From contig CAWHAE010000004.1 of assembly GCA_963827235.1 (NCBI GenBank), positions 1 to 17,159 of the forward strand: DNA of 17,159 nucleotides, written 5' to 3'. Under the pieces are notes generated by a model. The model searched no databases and was not told the origin of the DNA. It saw only the letters and a program-made list of their open reading frames with translations. Below are positions 1 to 9,373 of the stretch, one piece after another. How positions within the stretch are numbered: the stretch's first letter is position 1; each line of letters opens with the position of its first letter. Both the position numbers and the translations under genes were made by a program. Source of the stretch: an uncultured bacterium. GTDB taxonomy: Bacteria; Chloroflexota; UBA5177; JANWHV01.

Positions 1-60
1 GATCGTCTTGCAAGCTCATGCGGGCCTGTGCATGAGCTATATGCGCTATTTGTGCAGCAG

Positions 61-103
61 GTTGACGAAGATCATATAACTACGGACGACGCGGAGGTAC
101 GAT
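61..103 (+). promoter_or_regulatory. CRP/FNR-like box A (61-76) with -10 hexamer (98-103) upstream of the dehydrogenase
   Basis: GTTGA-CGAAGA-TCATA, then 21 nt, then TACGAT. Same spacing as the five other copies in the window. Confidence 0.55.
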
Positions 104-144
104 GCACATGAAGTCACTTGAGCCGAGGAGGTTGGTTTCACTCG

Positions 145-1164
145 ATGTCGACGCGACCTACGAAGATTGCCGTCTTTGAGGTAGAGCCGTGGCAGCATGA
201 ACGCCTGCAGCACTCGCTACCCGAGGTCGAGTGCCGGCACATTGAGGGGCCGCTCGACGAGCAGTCGGTGAGTCGGGCCGGTGACGCCTCGGTCGTCTCG
301 GTCTTCATCCGGTCTCGTGTGCCTCGCGCGCTGATCGATCAGATGCCCGAATTACGGCTGATCGCCACACGCTCGACCGGCTTCGACCACATCGACATCG
401 CAGCGTGCGCCGAGCGCGGCATTCTCGTCTGCAACGTGCCGACTTACGGCGAGAATACCGTCGCCGAGCACACCTTCAGCCTGATCCTTGCCCTCTCGCG
501 GCGACTCGCGGTGGTCGCACGCCGGACTGCTCATGGAGACTTCTCGCTGCACGGCCTGATGGGCTTCGACCTGCGGGGGAAGACGCTGGGCGTGGTGGGA
601 GCGGGCAACATCGGCCTGCACGTGATCCGCATCGGGCGAGGCTTCGGCATGGACGTGCTGGCGTACGACGCGCGGCCCCAGCAACTGCTCGCCGAGGTGC
701 TGGGCTTCCGCTACGTCTCGCTCGACCAGTTACTCCAGCAATCCGACGTCGTCACGCTGCACGTGCCCTACCGGCCGCAGACCCACCACCTGCTCGACCG
801 TGAGCGTCTCGCGCTGCTCAAGCCAGGAGCACTCGTCGTGAACACCGGGCGCGGCGCCTTGGTCGACACCGTCGCGCTGCTGGAGGCGCTCGACAGTGGC
901 CAGGTCGGCGGCGCCGGGCTCGACGTGATCGAGGGCGAGGAACAGCTCATGGAAGAGCCACAGATGTTCCATCTGCCAGGCACCGAGGAGCAGCTGCGCC
1001 ACCTGCTGACCGGACATGTCCTGGCGACGCGCGAGAACGTCATCCTGACTCCCCACATGGCCTGGTACAGCCGCGAGGCCCTGGAGCGCATTCTCGACAC
1101 CACGGCCGCCAATATCCGGGGCTTTCTTGCCGGAGCGCCGGTCAACGTGATCGCCGCCGACTAG
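145..1164 (+). CDS. D-lactate dehydrogenase-like D-isomer-specific 2-hydroxyacid dehydrogenase
   Basis: Motifs RSTGFDHID, NVPTYG..VAEH, GAGNIG (NAD-binding), LHVP, VNTGRG, LDVIEGE, TPHMAW. ATG 145 follows GAGGAGG at 125-131. Confidence 0.9.
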   Translation: MSTRPTKIAVFEVEPWQHERLQHSLPEVECRHIEGPLDEQSVSRAGDASVVSVFIRSRVPRALIDQMPELRLIATRSTGFDHIDIAACAERGILVCNVPTYGENTVAEHTFSLILALSRRLAVVARRTAHGDFSLHGLMGFDLRGKTLGVVGAGNIGLHVIRIGRGFGMDVLAYDARPQQLLAEVLGFRYVSLDQLLQQSDVVTLHVPYRPQTHHLLDRERLALLKPGALVVNTGRGALVDTVALLEALDSGQVGGAGLDVIEGEEQLMEEPQMFHLPGTEEQLRHLLTGHVLATRENVILTPHMAWYSREALERILDTTAANIRGFLAGAPVNVIAAD

Positions 1165-1251
1165 GCGCGCAGCGGGCTGGTCAGCAGCGAGCCAGGTATG
1201 GCCTGGTCGATCTGGTCGTTCTGCCGAGTCCCTCCACGCTGCCGCTCAGCG

Positions 1252-1587
1252 CTACGACGCGTCTGTGGACGTGTGGCTCAGCTCCTCTTCGATCCAGGAG
1301 AACGCCGCCACCGCTGCTGGGAAGCCCCGTGGGCTAATCGCCAGTGCCACGACGTGTAGCACCTCGGCTTCCGATGCGCCAGCCTGCAAAGCGCGGCGGG
1401 CGTTCGACCGCACGGCGCCTTCGGCCGCACCACCGATCGCGGCGCCAAGCTTAACCAGGCAGCGCGTGCGCTCATCCAGAGGGCCGGCGGCGTCCGCCGC
1501 ATGGCCCAGCCCGTCGAGGCTCGTCGCCAGGTCGGGGAAGCGCGCGCGAAAGCGCAGGTAGACGGCGGGCAAATGCTGATCCGCCAT
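1252..1587 (-). CDS. Carboxymuconolactone decarboxylase (CMD/AhpD-like) family protein
   Basis: AGPLDERTRCLVKLG..EGAVRSNARRALQAGASEAEVLHV..GFPAA pattern; GGAGGTG RBS upstream of ATG 1587; no CxxC. Confidence 0.8.
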   Translation of the reverse strand: MADQHLPAVYLRFRARFPDLATSLDGLGHAADAAGPLDERTRCLVKLGAAIGGAAEGAVRSNARRALQAGASEAEVLHVVALAISPRGFPAAVAAFSWIEEELSHTSTDAS

Positions 1588-1592
1588 GTCGA

Positions 1593-2120
1593 TCACCTCC
1601 TCAAGGACTGGCCCGCATTGCGCGAGCGCTTGTCGTCCCAGCTTCCTGATTGGACCGTACCGTCCCACCGTGCCAAGGCGCGACGCTGCTCCGCGTGCCC
1701 GGCGAGGCGCGTGGTATCGAGGAGCATGTCGAACGGCACCGGGCGTTCTACGCGAATGCTACCCGCGTCGACGATGATCGTCGGCACGCGCGTCGCGAGG
1801 TGTCTCTCCTCGAGCTGCGCGGCAAGCACGAGCACGTCGCGACCAGCTCGCTCCGCGGTGCTCACCAGGTCGGCCCACGGCCCAGCAGCAGCGGCGGTGG
1901 CCTCGAGATACGCCGTCGACTGCGTGGGCCGGTTGTCGAGCACCGGTATGCGACCGGCGAGCAGCTCGGCGGACGCGGCAGCAAGCATACGACTGCTGGC
2001 GACGACGTGCGCCGGCACCAGCTCAGCCCGCCAGTCGCCTGCAGGCGGATAGGCAAACCGACTCCTCCGCGCGATGTCCAGAAGTCGCGCGTTGGCGTGC
2101 TCGAGTGTCCCTGTCTGCAC
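1593..2120 (-). CDS. Hypothetical protein, possibly DinB/YfiT-like four-helix fold
   Basis: WRAELVPAHVV near the N-terminus and GHAEQ near the C-terminus resemble DinB-type motifs; GGAGG RBS before GTG 2120. Confidence 0.5.
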   Translation of the reverse strand: MQTGTLEHANARLLDIARRSRFAYPPAGDWRAELVPAHVVASSRMLAAASAELLAGRIPVLDNRPTQSTAYLEATAAAAGPWADLVSTAERAGRDVLVLAAQLEERHLATRVPTIIVDAGSIRVERPVPFDMLLDTTRLAGHAEQRRALARWDGTVQSGSWDDKRSRNAGQSLRR

Positions 2121-2278
2121 GCGCAACCTCCCTGCACCCGTCATACAACGTAGCGCGCAGCCCCGGCGACCGCGTTCGCCTCATCACCGTGCTGAGACAT
2201 TTCGCCGGTGCATGCGGCTGGCTCCGCAGGCGGCCAGGTGAACGCTCCTATCATCACTGCGGCGTGAACGAAACCGGG

Positions 2279-4138
2279 CTACTCGATAGCATTGTCCCAA
2301 CAGAGCCGTTGGAGTGCCTGGTCGGCACCCGCGACCCTCGCCAGGCGCGCTGCCTGTAGGATCTCACATCCCTCCTTCGTGCGCCCCGATTGCCCGGCGA
2401 GCAGCAGGCCCAGGTGCAGGAGCGCCGGCGTGACACCTGCTCGTGCGGCGTCGCGATACGCTTGCTCGGCCTCGGCCTCCCTTCCCGCCATCCCTGCCAG
2501 TTGGACGCCGAGGTTGAAGGCCGCGGCATCAACGCCTGCCTCGACACCCTGGCGATACGCACGCTCCGCCTCGTCCGTACGCCCGAACTGGGAAAACAGG
2601 TTGCCGAGGTTGTTCCATGCCTCGATAACACCCAGCGCCAGCGCCTGGCGGTAGGTCTCCTCGGCCTGTGCCTCGCGCCCTGGCTGTGCGGCCAGCAGGT
2701 TGCCCAGGCCAAGACATGCTGCTCCGATGCCCGCGGCGATGGCAGCGCCGTACACGTGCTCGGCCTCGGCCTCGCGCCCGGACTGTCCCACGAGCAAGTT
2801 GCCAAGGTTGCTGAGCGCGTGCGTACTGCCGGCGGAGATGGCGCTGCGGTACGCTTGCTCGGCCTCCTCCTCTCGTCCCGGCTGGTTGGCGAGCAGGAGG
2901 CCCAGATTATTGAGCGCGTCGGCCTCCCCGGCGGCCACGGCCTGGCGGTACGCGAGCTCGGCATCCTGCTCCCGGCCCGGCTCGTCGGCGAGCAGGTCGC
3001 CCAGGTTGAGCGCGGCGCCCGGCACACCCGCTGCGGCAGCATCGCGGAACGGCCGCTCGGCGCCGGATTCACGCCCCGGCTGTCGAGCGAGCAGGTTGCC
3101 GAGATTGTAGGCGGCGCTTTCCACACCGGCTGCTATTGCCTCGCGGTAGACCTGCTCCGCCTCGTGCTCACGCCCCGGTTGCGCGGCCAGCAGGACGCCG
3201 AGATTGTTCCGCGCGCCCTGATCGCCGGCGTCCAGCGCCGCCCTGTAGGCCAGCTCCGCTTCGCGCTCGCGCCCCGGCTGCCGGGCCAGCAGATTGCCCA
3301 GGTTGAGCCAGGCACCGCTATCTCCGTCTTCAGCGGCGTCCCGGTAGGTCGACTCGACCTCGGCCTCACGTCCGGGCATGCCGGCGAGTAGCAGGGCCAG
3401 ATTGTAGGACGAGCCGGGGACTCCGGCGGCGATTGCCTCGCGGTACGCACGCTCTGCCTCGGCCTCACGGCCCGGCTGCCGAGCAAGCAGGCTGCCCAGG
3501 TTGCAGATCGCGTGCGCATCTCCGGCGGCAAGTGCATCCCGGTACGCATCCTCTGCTTCGGCCTCGCGTCCTGGTATGCCGGCGAGCAAGATGCCGAGAT
3601 CATTCAAGGTCTCCGCGCGCAGCCCGGCGCCCATGGCATCTCTGTAGGCTTGCTCAGCCTCAGCTTCACGGCCTTGCTGCGCCGCGAGCAAAACGCCGAG
3701 ATCGTGCAGTGCCCTTGGATCACCCGCTGCAATAGCGCCACGCAGAACTGCCTCCGCATCGGCCTCACGTCCGGGCTGGCCACTCAGCAGGAGACCAAGA
3801 TTCCGGCCCGACGCGCGCACACCGTTCACCGCGGCGTGCCGAAAGGCCTGCTCGGCCTCGGCCTCGCGTCCCGGCTGTCTGCTGAGCAGGACACCGAGAT
3901 CGTTCTCAGCGGCGGCATCGCCCGCGGCGATGGCTGCCAGAAGAACCTCCTCAGCTTCAACCTCGTGGCCCGGCAATCGGGCGAGGAGGACCCCTCGGGC
4001 GCGCGGAGCGTCCGGCCCTTCCTCGTCCACGTTCCGGGCTAGCTTCCGACCCGTCGGATCGCCAGCTTCCTCATCAATCTGCGCCTCGGTACGTTCGGCC
4101 CTCTCCTCAACGCCAAGCATCTCAGCATCTCCAGACAA
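2279..4138 (-). CDS. Tetratricopeptide/Sel1-like repeat protein (about 17 x 33 aa)
   Basis: Tandem units NLGxLLAxQPGRExEAExAYRxAxxAG cover nearly the whole protein. Start uncertain (TTG 4138 or ATG 4120). Confidence 0.85.
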   Translation of the reverse strand: MSGDAEMLGVEERAERTEAQIDEEAGDPTGRKLARNVDEEGPDAPRARGVLLARLPGHEVEAEEVLLAAIAAGDAAAENDLGVLLSRQPGREAEAEQAFRHAAVNGVRASGRNLGLLLSGQPGREADAEAVLRGAIAAGDPRALHDLGVLLAAQQGREAEAEQAYRDAMGAGLRAETLNDLGILLAGIPGREAEAEDAYRDALAAGDAHAICNLGSLLARQPGREAEAERAYREAIAAGVPGSSYNLALLLAGMPGREAEVESTYRDAAEDGDSGAWLNLGNLLARQPGREREAELAYRAALDAGDQGARNNLGVLLAAQPGREHEAEQVYREAIAAGVESAAYNLGNLLARQPGRESGAERPFRDAAAAGVPGAALNLGDLLADEPGREQDAELAYRQAVAAGEADALNNLGLLLANQPGREEEAEQAYRSAISAGSTHALSNLGNLLVGQSGREAEAEHVYGAAIAAGIGAACLGLGNLLAAQPGREAQAEETYRQALALGVIEAWNNLGNLFSQFGRTDEAERAYRQGVEAGVDAAAFNLGVQLAGMAGREAEAEQAYRDAARAGVTPALLHLGLLLAGQSGRTKEGCEILQAARLARVAGADQALQRLCWDNAIE

Positions 4139-4246
4139 CTCGTCACCATGGCAGCCGGCACTTCACCACACAGGCTGAGCAGCCGCCGATCAACGCAACA
4201 TCGCACACGCTGGAACGCATAGCCTGCAACAACATCCCGCGACACC

Positions 4247-4289
4247 ACTATCGTCTGGCCGCCTCGCGCAGGCGATGACAAAAGTCACC
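4247..4289 (-). promoter_or_regulatory. CRP/FNR-like box B (4274-4289) with -10-like hexamer (4247-4252) toward the TPR gene
   Basis: Minus strand: GGTGA-CTTTTG-TCATC, 21 nt, GATAGT. Confidence 0.6.
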
Positions 4290-4367
4290 GCCTGCCAGGA
4301 GCCTTGCTGGCTGTATCGGAGAGCGCAGGCGGACCGTGTCGCCCAACCCGAACTTACTGGACTGGGC

Positions 4368-4410
4368 GGTGACTTTCATCACAGCGGCGCTGCAAGTGAG
4401 CGCCTAGTGT
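4368..4410 (+). promoter_or_regulatory. CRP/FNR-like box C (4368-4383) with -10 hexamer (4405-4410) toward the histidine kinase
   Basis: GGTGA-CTTTCA-TCACA, 21 nt, TAGTGT. Shares 19 identical bp (inverted) with box D. Confidence 0.7.
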
Positions 4411-4598
4411 ACACGTATGTACAGCCTGTACCGGTCATCCCTGCCAAGCTGACATATGGGTATTAGCGCGGGCAGTTGGTGCCGTTCTACGCGCCGCCGG
4501 AGAAGCGCGAAGTGCGTAGCGAATCTCTGCCTCGACCTCACGGTGGTCTGGATCGAGGCCGGCGCGGGCAGCAAGATGAACCCCCGCGGAAAGAACGA

Positions 4599-5726
4599 AT
4601 GGCAGGCGACAAACTACGCGTGCTGCTAATCGGCGCTTGCAGCCCCTGGCCGCGTGCCGTCCGGCATGAGCTGCAAAGGCTCGGCTACACGCCCCTGTTC
4701 ACCCAAGTGGCGACCATCGCGTCATTGCGGGCCCGGCTGCGCGGAACCTCGTCCTGGGACGTGGTCATCGCCCAGCATGCCAATCGTGAGCCGAGTGCTC
4801 TGGATGCGCTCGCGATCATGCGAGCACAGCGCGCCGGCGTGCCGGTCATCGTCGTGGCCAACGCGGACCAGCCCGAGATCCTGCTGGCAGCCAGGCGGCT
4901 GGACGCAAGCGAGCACGTCTTCGCCGGTGACGCGCGTGCCCTGGCCGCGGCGGTGCAGCGTGCAGTGCGATGGGTCCCGTCGGTCCCCACCGAACAGGGC
5001 GCCGCTGTAGGCGATACCAACCTGGGGCAGCTCCAACACGACTTCGTGACGGCCGTCACGCACGAGCTGCGCACGCCGCTGACCTCGATCATCGGCTTTG
5101 GCGAGTTGCTGCAGGTGCACTGGAGCCGCTTTGGCGACACGGAACGTCTCCGGCACGTCGGCCGCATGGTCCGGGCCGCCCAGCGGCAGCAACGACTCGT
5201 GGAGGACGTGCTCTTGCTCGCACGCCTCGACCGCGAACTGCCAGCACTGCAGCCCGCGCCGGTGCAGGTGGCGAATGTCGTAGCAGAGGCCGTTACCGAG
5301 GCCAGAGAGGCGTATCACGATCAGCCTGTGCGCGTGGATGGGCCAGATGAGGTACGCACGCTGGCGGACCACGACCGGGTGGTCCAGATTCTCACGGCCA
5401 TTATCGGCAATGCTGCCAAACATTCCCCCGAGGGTGGTGCCGTGGACGTACGGTGGCGGTCGGAGCGCGACTCGGTGGTCGTCCGGGTCCGTGATGCCGG
5501 ACCGGGCATCCCGCCTGACGCCGTCGGGCACCTCTTTACCCGCTTCGGCCGCATACCCGGGAGCAGCATCCGCGCCGGCCATGTCGGCACCGGCCTGGGG
5601 CTCTATCTGGGGCGCCGGCTTGCGCGGGCCATGGGTGGAGAGCTGGACCTCGAGCGCACGGGACCAAAGGGCAGCACATTCCGCCTACAGTTGCCGGCAG
5701 CACCCGCCGCGCCGGACTGCTCGTGA
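4599..5726 (+). CDS. Cytoplasmic sensor histidine kinase with degenerate N-terminal receiver domain
   Basis: H-box THELRTPLTSIIGF, N-box GNAAKHS, G1 DAGPGI, F-box LFTRF, G2 GTGLGL. The N-terminal LRVLLIG..WDVVIAQ..VPVIVV segment is REC-like. Start uncertain. Confidence 0.85.
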   Translation: MAGDKLRVLLIGACSPWPRAVRHELQRLGYTPLFTQVATIASLRARLRGTSSWDVVIAQHANREPSALDALAIMRAQRAGVPVIVVANADQPEILLAARRLDASEHVFAGDARALAAAVQRAVRWVPSVPTEQGAAVGDTNLGQLQHDFVTAVTHELRTPLTSIIGFGELLQVHWSRFGDTERLRHVGRMVRAAQRQQRLVEDVLLLARLDRELPALQPAPVQVANVVAEAVTEAREAYHDQPVRVDGPDEVRTLADHDRVVQILTAIIGNAAKHSPEGGAVDVRWRSERDSVVVRVRDAGPGIPPDAVGHLFTRFGRIPGSSIRAGHVGTGLGLYLGRRLARAMGGELDLERTGPKGSTFRLQLPAAPAAPDCS

Positions 5727-5782
5727 AGCCTCGAGGATGGCGCCGACAGGCCGCCTGCCACTGTGGACTACGGATCGCGCGT

Positions 5783-6037
5783 TTAGCCGTGCTGATGCTC
5801 CGCACACCAGTCCGCGTTGCGCTTGATGAAGTGCTGCCACTGCGGTGGCACCTCGTCCTCGGCGAAGATGGCCTGCACCGGACACTCCGGTTCGCAGGCG
5901 CCGCAGTCGATACACTCGTCCGGATTGATGTAGTACATGTCGTCTTCCTCGGTCGTGTAGATGCAGTCCACCGGGCAGACGGCTACGCAGGCCGCATCCT
6001 TGACGTTGATGCACGGTTCGGCGATTACATAGGTCAT
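5783..6037 (-). CDS. fdxA: 7Fe ([3Fe-4S]+[4Fe-4S]) ferredoxin
   Basis: MTYVIAEPC-x7-C-x3-CPVDCI and [12 protein letters not shown], typical of FdxA-type ferredoxins. Confidence 0.92.
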   Translation of the reverse strand: MTYVIAEPCINVKDAACVAVCPVDCIYTTEEDDMYYINPDECIDCGACEPECPVQAIFAEDEVPPQWQHFIKRNADWCAEHQHG

Positions 6038-6127
6038 GGTCGATACCTCGAGATTACTGGCGATCCTACCTGTCAGAAGCGCGGCAGCACGATAGCCGGC
6101 GCCGACGCGCTCTGGCGGATCCATAGC

Positions 6128-6174
6128 AGCATACGAGGCGCGAGGCGCTCCCGCTGTGATGAAAGTCACAGCGG
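6128..6174 (-). promoter_or_regulatory. Perfect CRP-type box D (6155-6170) with -10 hexamer (6128-6133) toward the ferredoxin; lies between divergent fdxA and nnrS-like genes
   Basis: CCGCTGTGA-TGAAAG-TCACAGCGG with 9-bp perfect arms. On the minus strand TATGCT lies 21 nt from the core. Confidence 0.8.
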
Positions 6175-6260
6175 CGCTCTAGCTCGAGCTTGCGCGCTGG
6201 CGTGGCCTGACTGATACCAGCGGCTGGCGACAGTTCGCAGAAAGGTGGGCGCTAACGACG

Positions 6261-7604
6261 GTGGCAGATGCGCAAACGGCGGGAGCGCCGGCGTCGACCA
6301 GTAAGCCGGCCGCGGGCGATGCCCCGCTCTGGCCGCTGTTCGTCCAGGCCGCGATGGTGTTGGCCGGCACGGCCGGTTTTGGGCTGGGAGCCGCCCTCTT
6401 CGCCGCTTCCGCTCTCGGCCTGCCGCTGGGTCTGTGGTGGCCGGCGGCGGCGCAGGCGCATGGACACGTCCAGGTGTTCGGCTTCGGCGGCCTGATGGTG
6501 CTCGGCGTCGGCCTGCACTTCCTGCCACGGCTGCGCGGGTCGAGCCTGCTCCATCCTGCCAGGACTCGCGCTGGTGCACTGCTGCTCATCGTCGGCCTCG
6601 CCCTGCGCGCGCTCAGCCAGCCGGCCCTGGCGGCCACGGATGGCTCTGGCACGCACGTATCCATTCTCGAAGCGTGCTTGGTGGTGTCCGGGGTGCTCGA
6701 GCTACTCGGCGCCTCGCTGATTCTGCTCCAGATGGGGAGCGTCCTGCGGCGAGGGCCGCCGTTGCGCTCGCGTACGCATCTCTGGCCGGTCCTGCCATTC
6801 TTCGTCACCGCGTTCGCCACGTATTGGCTTGCGCTCGGCATCAACCTTGCCGGGTTGCTCGCCGCAGCCAGGTCCGGTACCGCGCTGGTCGCTGACGACT
6901 TCGACGATCTCTCGACGCAGGTGGGTTTCTACGGCTTCCTCATTCCCATCTCCGTTGCCATGGCGGAGCGGAACTTCCCCATCTTGTTTCGCACGCCGCT
7001 GCCCAACCTGCCGCTCCTACGCGCCGGCCTGGCAGTGCTGCTGGCGGGGCTGGGGCTGCGTGCCGCCGGCGCACTGGCGAGTTCAACCCAGGCGACAGGG
7101 CTCGGAGCGCTGGCCACTGCCGCGGCAATCGGCATGTTCTTTCTCGGTCTCGGCATCGTCGCGCCGCGCCGTCCGCTGCCTCGCCAGCCAGTGCGTCCCC
7201 TGCGCGAGCCGATCCAGCTCCACGCCGTCACCGCGTTTCTCTGGTTGCTGTTCGTCGCGTTCCTGCTCTTGCAGACTGCATTGGCGGCCTGGGACTCCTC
7301 AGTCGTGGCGGTCTCCCAGGACGCGGAGCGGCACGCCCTGGGCGCCGGCTTCGTGACCGTCCTCATTCTCGGTCTTGGCGCGCAGCTCCTGCCCGGCTTC
7401 GCCAACCGCCGGCGACGCAGCGATGCGCTGCTCTGGGTGACGCTCGTGCTCGGGAATGGCGCGGCGCTGCTACGCGTGGCGCCGGCACTGATATCGAGCC
7501 TGTCCTCGACGCTGGGCGGCGCCCTGTCGGCATCGTCGGGCGTCGCCGCGCTGGTGGCGCTGCTGGTCTTCGCTGCCAACGTGCCGCTGTCGCCTCGACC
7601 ATAG
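6261..7604 (+). CDS. NnrS-like polytopic membrane protein
   Basis: About 12 hydrophobic segments and two related His motifs, AHGHVQVFGFGGLMVLGVGLHFLPR and RHALGAGFVTVLILGLGAQLLP, characteristic of NnrS-type proteins. Confidence 0.7.
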   Translation: MADAQTAGAPASTSKPAAGDAPLWPLFVQAAMVLAGTAGFGLGAALFAASALGLPLGLWWPAAAQAHGHVQVFGFGGLMVLGVGLHFLPRLRGSSLLHPARTRAGALLLIVGLALRALSQPALAATDGSGTHVSILEACLVVSGVLELLGASLILLQMGSVLRRGPPLRSRTHLWPVLPFFVTAFATYWLALGINLAGLLAAARSGTALVADDFDDLSTQVGFYGFLIPISVAMAERNFPILFRTPLPNLPLLRAGLAVLLAGLGLRAAGALASSTQATGLGALATAAAIGMFFLGLGIVAPRRPLPRQPVRPLREPIQLHAVTAFLWLLFVAFLLLQTALAAWDSSVVAVSQDAERHALGAGFVTVLILGLGAQLLPGFANRRRRSDALLWVTLVLGNGAALLRVAPALISSLSSTLGGALSASSGVAALVALLVFAANVPLSPRP

Positions 7605-7699
7605 CGCCATGCACTGTGCGTAGGTTGGTTGACGCGGTCTCTGGTCTGCCCGGTGAAGAGACCAGCGTGCTCTACCAGTTCAACCATGCGAGTTGCGGC

Positions 7700-7742
7700 C
7701 ATGACAAAAGTCACAGCCCAGTTCCGCGGGCGGATGCAACCT
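7700..7742 (+). promoter_or_regulatory. CRP/FNR-like box E (7700-7715) with -10-like hexamer (7737-7742) upstream of truncated frdA
   Basis: CATGA-CAAAAG-TCACA, 21 nt, CAACCT. Confidence 0.6.
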
Positions 7743-7748
7743 GTGTAC

Positions 7749-9302
7749 GTGGCGGCCGTGCTCCGCGACGACGACTCCCCGGTCGGCCACGCCTTCGACA
7801 CGATCAAGGGCTCCGACTATCTCGCCGACCAGGATGTTGTGGAGACCTTCGTCGCCGAGGCACCGGCCGAGCTGATCCAACTGGAGCACTGGGGCTGCCC
7901 CTGGAGCCGCGATCCGGACGGACGTGTCAGCGTCCGTCCTTTCGGCGGCATGACGACCTGGCGGACGCTCTTCGCCGCGGACAAGACCGGATTCCACATG
8001 CTGCACACGCTCTTCCAGACCTCGCTCAAGTACCGGGACATCACGCGCTACGACGAGCAGTTCGTCACTTCGCTCCTGGTGCACGATGGGCGCTGCGTCG
8101 GGCTCACGGCGATCGACGCGAGGACCGGCACGATGCGTGCGCTTGCCTGCAAGGCCGTGATCCTCGCCACCGGTGGCGCAGGCCGTGCCTTTCCTTTCAC
8201 CACCAACGCCACGATCTGCACCGGAGACGGCATGGCCCTGGCGTACCGCGCCGGCGCCCCGCTGGCGGACATGGAGTTCGTGCAGTACCATCCCACCGGC
8301 TTGCCCGGCACGGGCATCCTCATTACCGAGGCAGCGCGCGGCGAAGGCGGCTATCTACTCAACAAGGAGGGCGAGCGCTTCCTGGAGCGCTACGTACTCG
8401 GCAAGATGGAGCTGGGTCCACGCGATCTGCTCTCCCGCGCCATCATGACCGAGTTCGAGGCAGGGCATGGCATCGAAGGGCCGTACGGCCTGGCCGTCAA
8501 CCTCGACCTGCGCCACCTGGGCGAGGAGAAAATCGACGAGAAGCTGCCGTTCGTGCGTGAGCTGGCCCGCAACCATGCGGGCATCGACCCGGTGCGCGCG
8601 CCGATAGCAGTGCGGCCCGTCGTGCACTACTACATGGGCGGCGTCCACACGGACGTGGACGGCAAGACCGCTATTCCAGGCCTCCATGCCGCGGGCGAGT
8701 GCGCGAATGAGGGCCTTAACGGTGCCAACCGTCTGGGGTCGAACTCGCTGACCGAGTGCCTGGTCTTCGGGCGTCGCGCCGGAGAAGCCGCCGCGCGGGA
8801 GGTGCAGGCTGGCGCCGATTCGCGGGCCCAAGCCGTGGCGGCACTGGCAGCCGACGAGGAACGGCGCATTGAGGCGTCCTATCGCGCACAACGGGACCGG
8901 GGTGAGCGCGCGGCCGTCCGGCGCGACGCCATGCAGCACAGTCTGGAGCGCGGCTGCGGCGTCTACCGCAGTGGCGAGAGCCTGCACCAGACCTGCGAGG
9001 ACATCGAGGCCCTGCGCGAGCGCTACCAGCAGGTGCGACTGGATGATCGCAGCCACGTCTTCAACACCGAGCTCTTTGCCGCGCTCGAGCTCGACTTCAT
9101 GTTCGACGTGGCGGAAGCCACCAGCTACGCGGCGCTGGCGCGGGAGGAGTCCCGCGGTGCGCATGCCCGCCGCGACTACCCCACGCGCGACGATACGAAG
9201 TACCTGGCACACAGCCTCGCCTACCGCACCGGCGGGCCGCCGCGTGTGGAGTTCCGGCCTGTTCGTGTCACGCGCTGGCAGCCGCAAGAGCGCGCGTACT
9301 GA
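7749..9302 (+). pseudogene. frdA: Fumarate reductase/succinate dehydrogenase flavoprotein subunit, N-terminally truncated (3' part is an open frame)
   Basis: Strong FrdA-like motifs ([67 protein letters not shown]). Similarity begins at [10 protein letters not shown]; GxGxxG and SHTxxAxGG are absent, and no B/C/D subunit genes are adjacent. Confidence 0.75.
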
Positions 9303-9329
9303 CGCAGCGTCACCGCCATGCGCTGCGTC
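9301..9329 (+). terminator. Stem-loop immediately after the frdA stop
   Basis: GACGCAGCG (9301-9309) / CGCTGCGTC (9321-9329), 9-bp stem, no U-tract. Confidence 0.3.
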
Positions 9330-9373
9330 CATGCCAGATCAATCAACGCGTTGCATATCTAGTGGAGGAGCCC

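Noticed and set aside
13-38. 9-bp inverted repeat AGCTCATGC/GCATGAGCT
   Set aside because: Real, but there is no U-tract and the upstream context is outside the window, so no function can be assigned.
2147-2188. Seventh box upstream of the DinB-like gene (GGTGA-TGAGGC-GAACG, TACGTT)
   Set aside because: Only one half-site matches and the spacing is 20 nt; too weak to call.
2300-4000. About 99-bp periodic DNA repeats (e.g. CTCGGCCTCGGCCTCGCG) as a CRISPR or non-coding array
   Set aside because: The repeats are degenerate at synonymous positions and fully explained by the 33-aa protein repeat; there is no constant repeat/unique spacer structure and no cas genes.
6151-6174. Rex operator
   Set aside because: Rex consensus TTGTGAA-N4-TTCACAA is not matched at the outer or inner positions, and the sites sit at an activator position.
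7605-7748. Missing FrdA N-terminus hidden in another frame, or an ORF start at 7629
   Set aside because: No GxGxxG or SHT-like motif is visible in the forward frames, and the segment contains box E and looks like promoter DNA.
2390-9332. Long alternative-frame and antisense ORFs (2390-3391, 4722-5582, 6929-7807, 7616-8560, 8355-9332)
   Set aside because: Shadow ORFs expected in high-GC DNA; they overlap well-supported genes and have no recognisable motifs.
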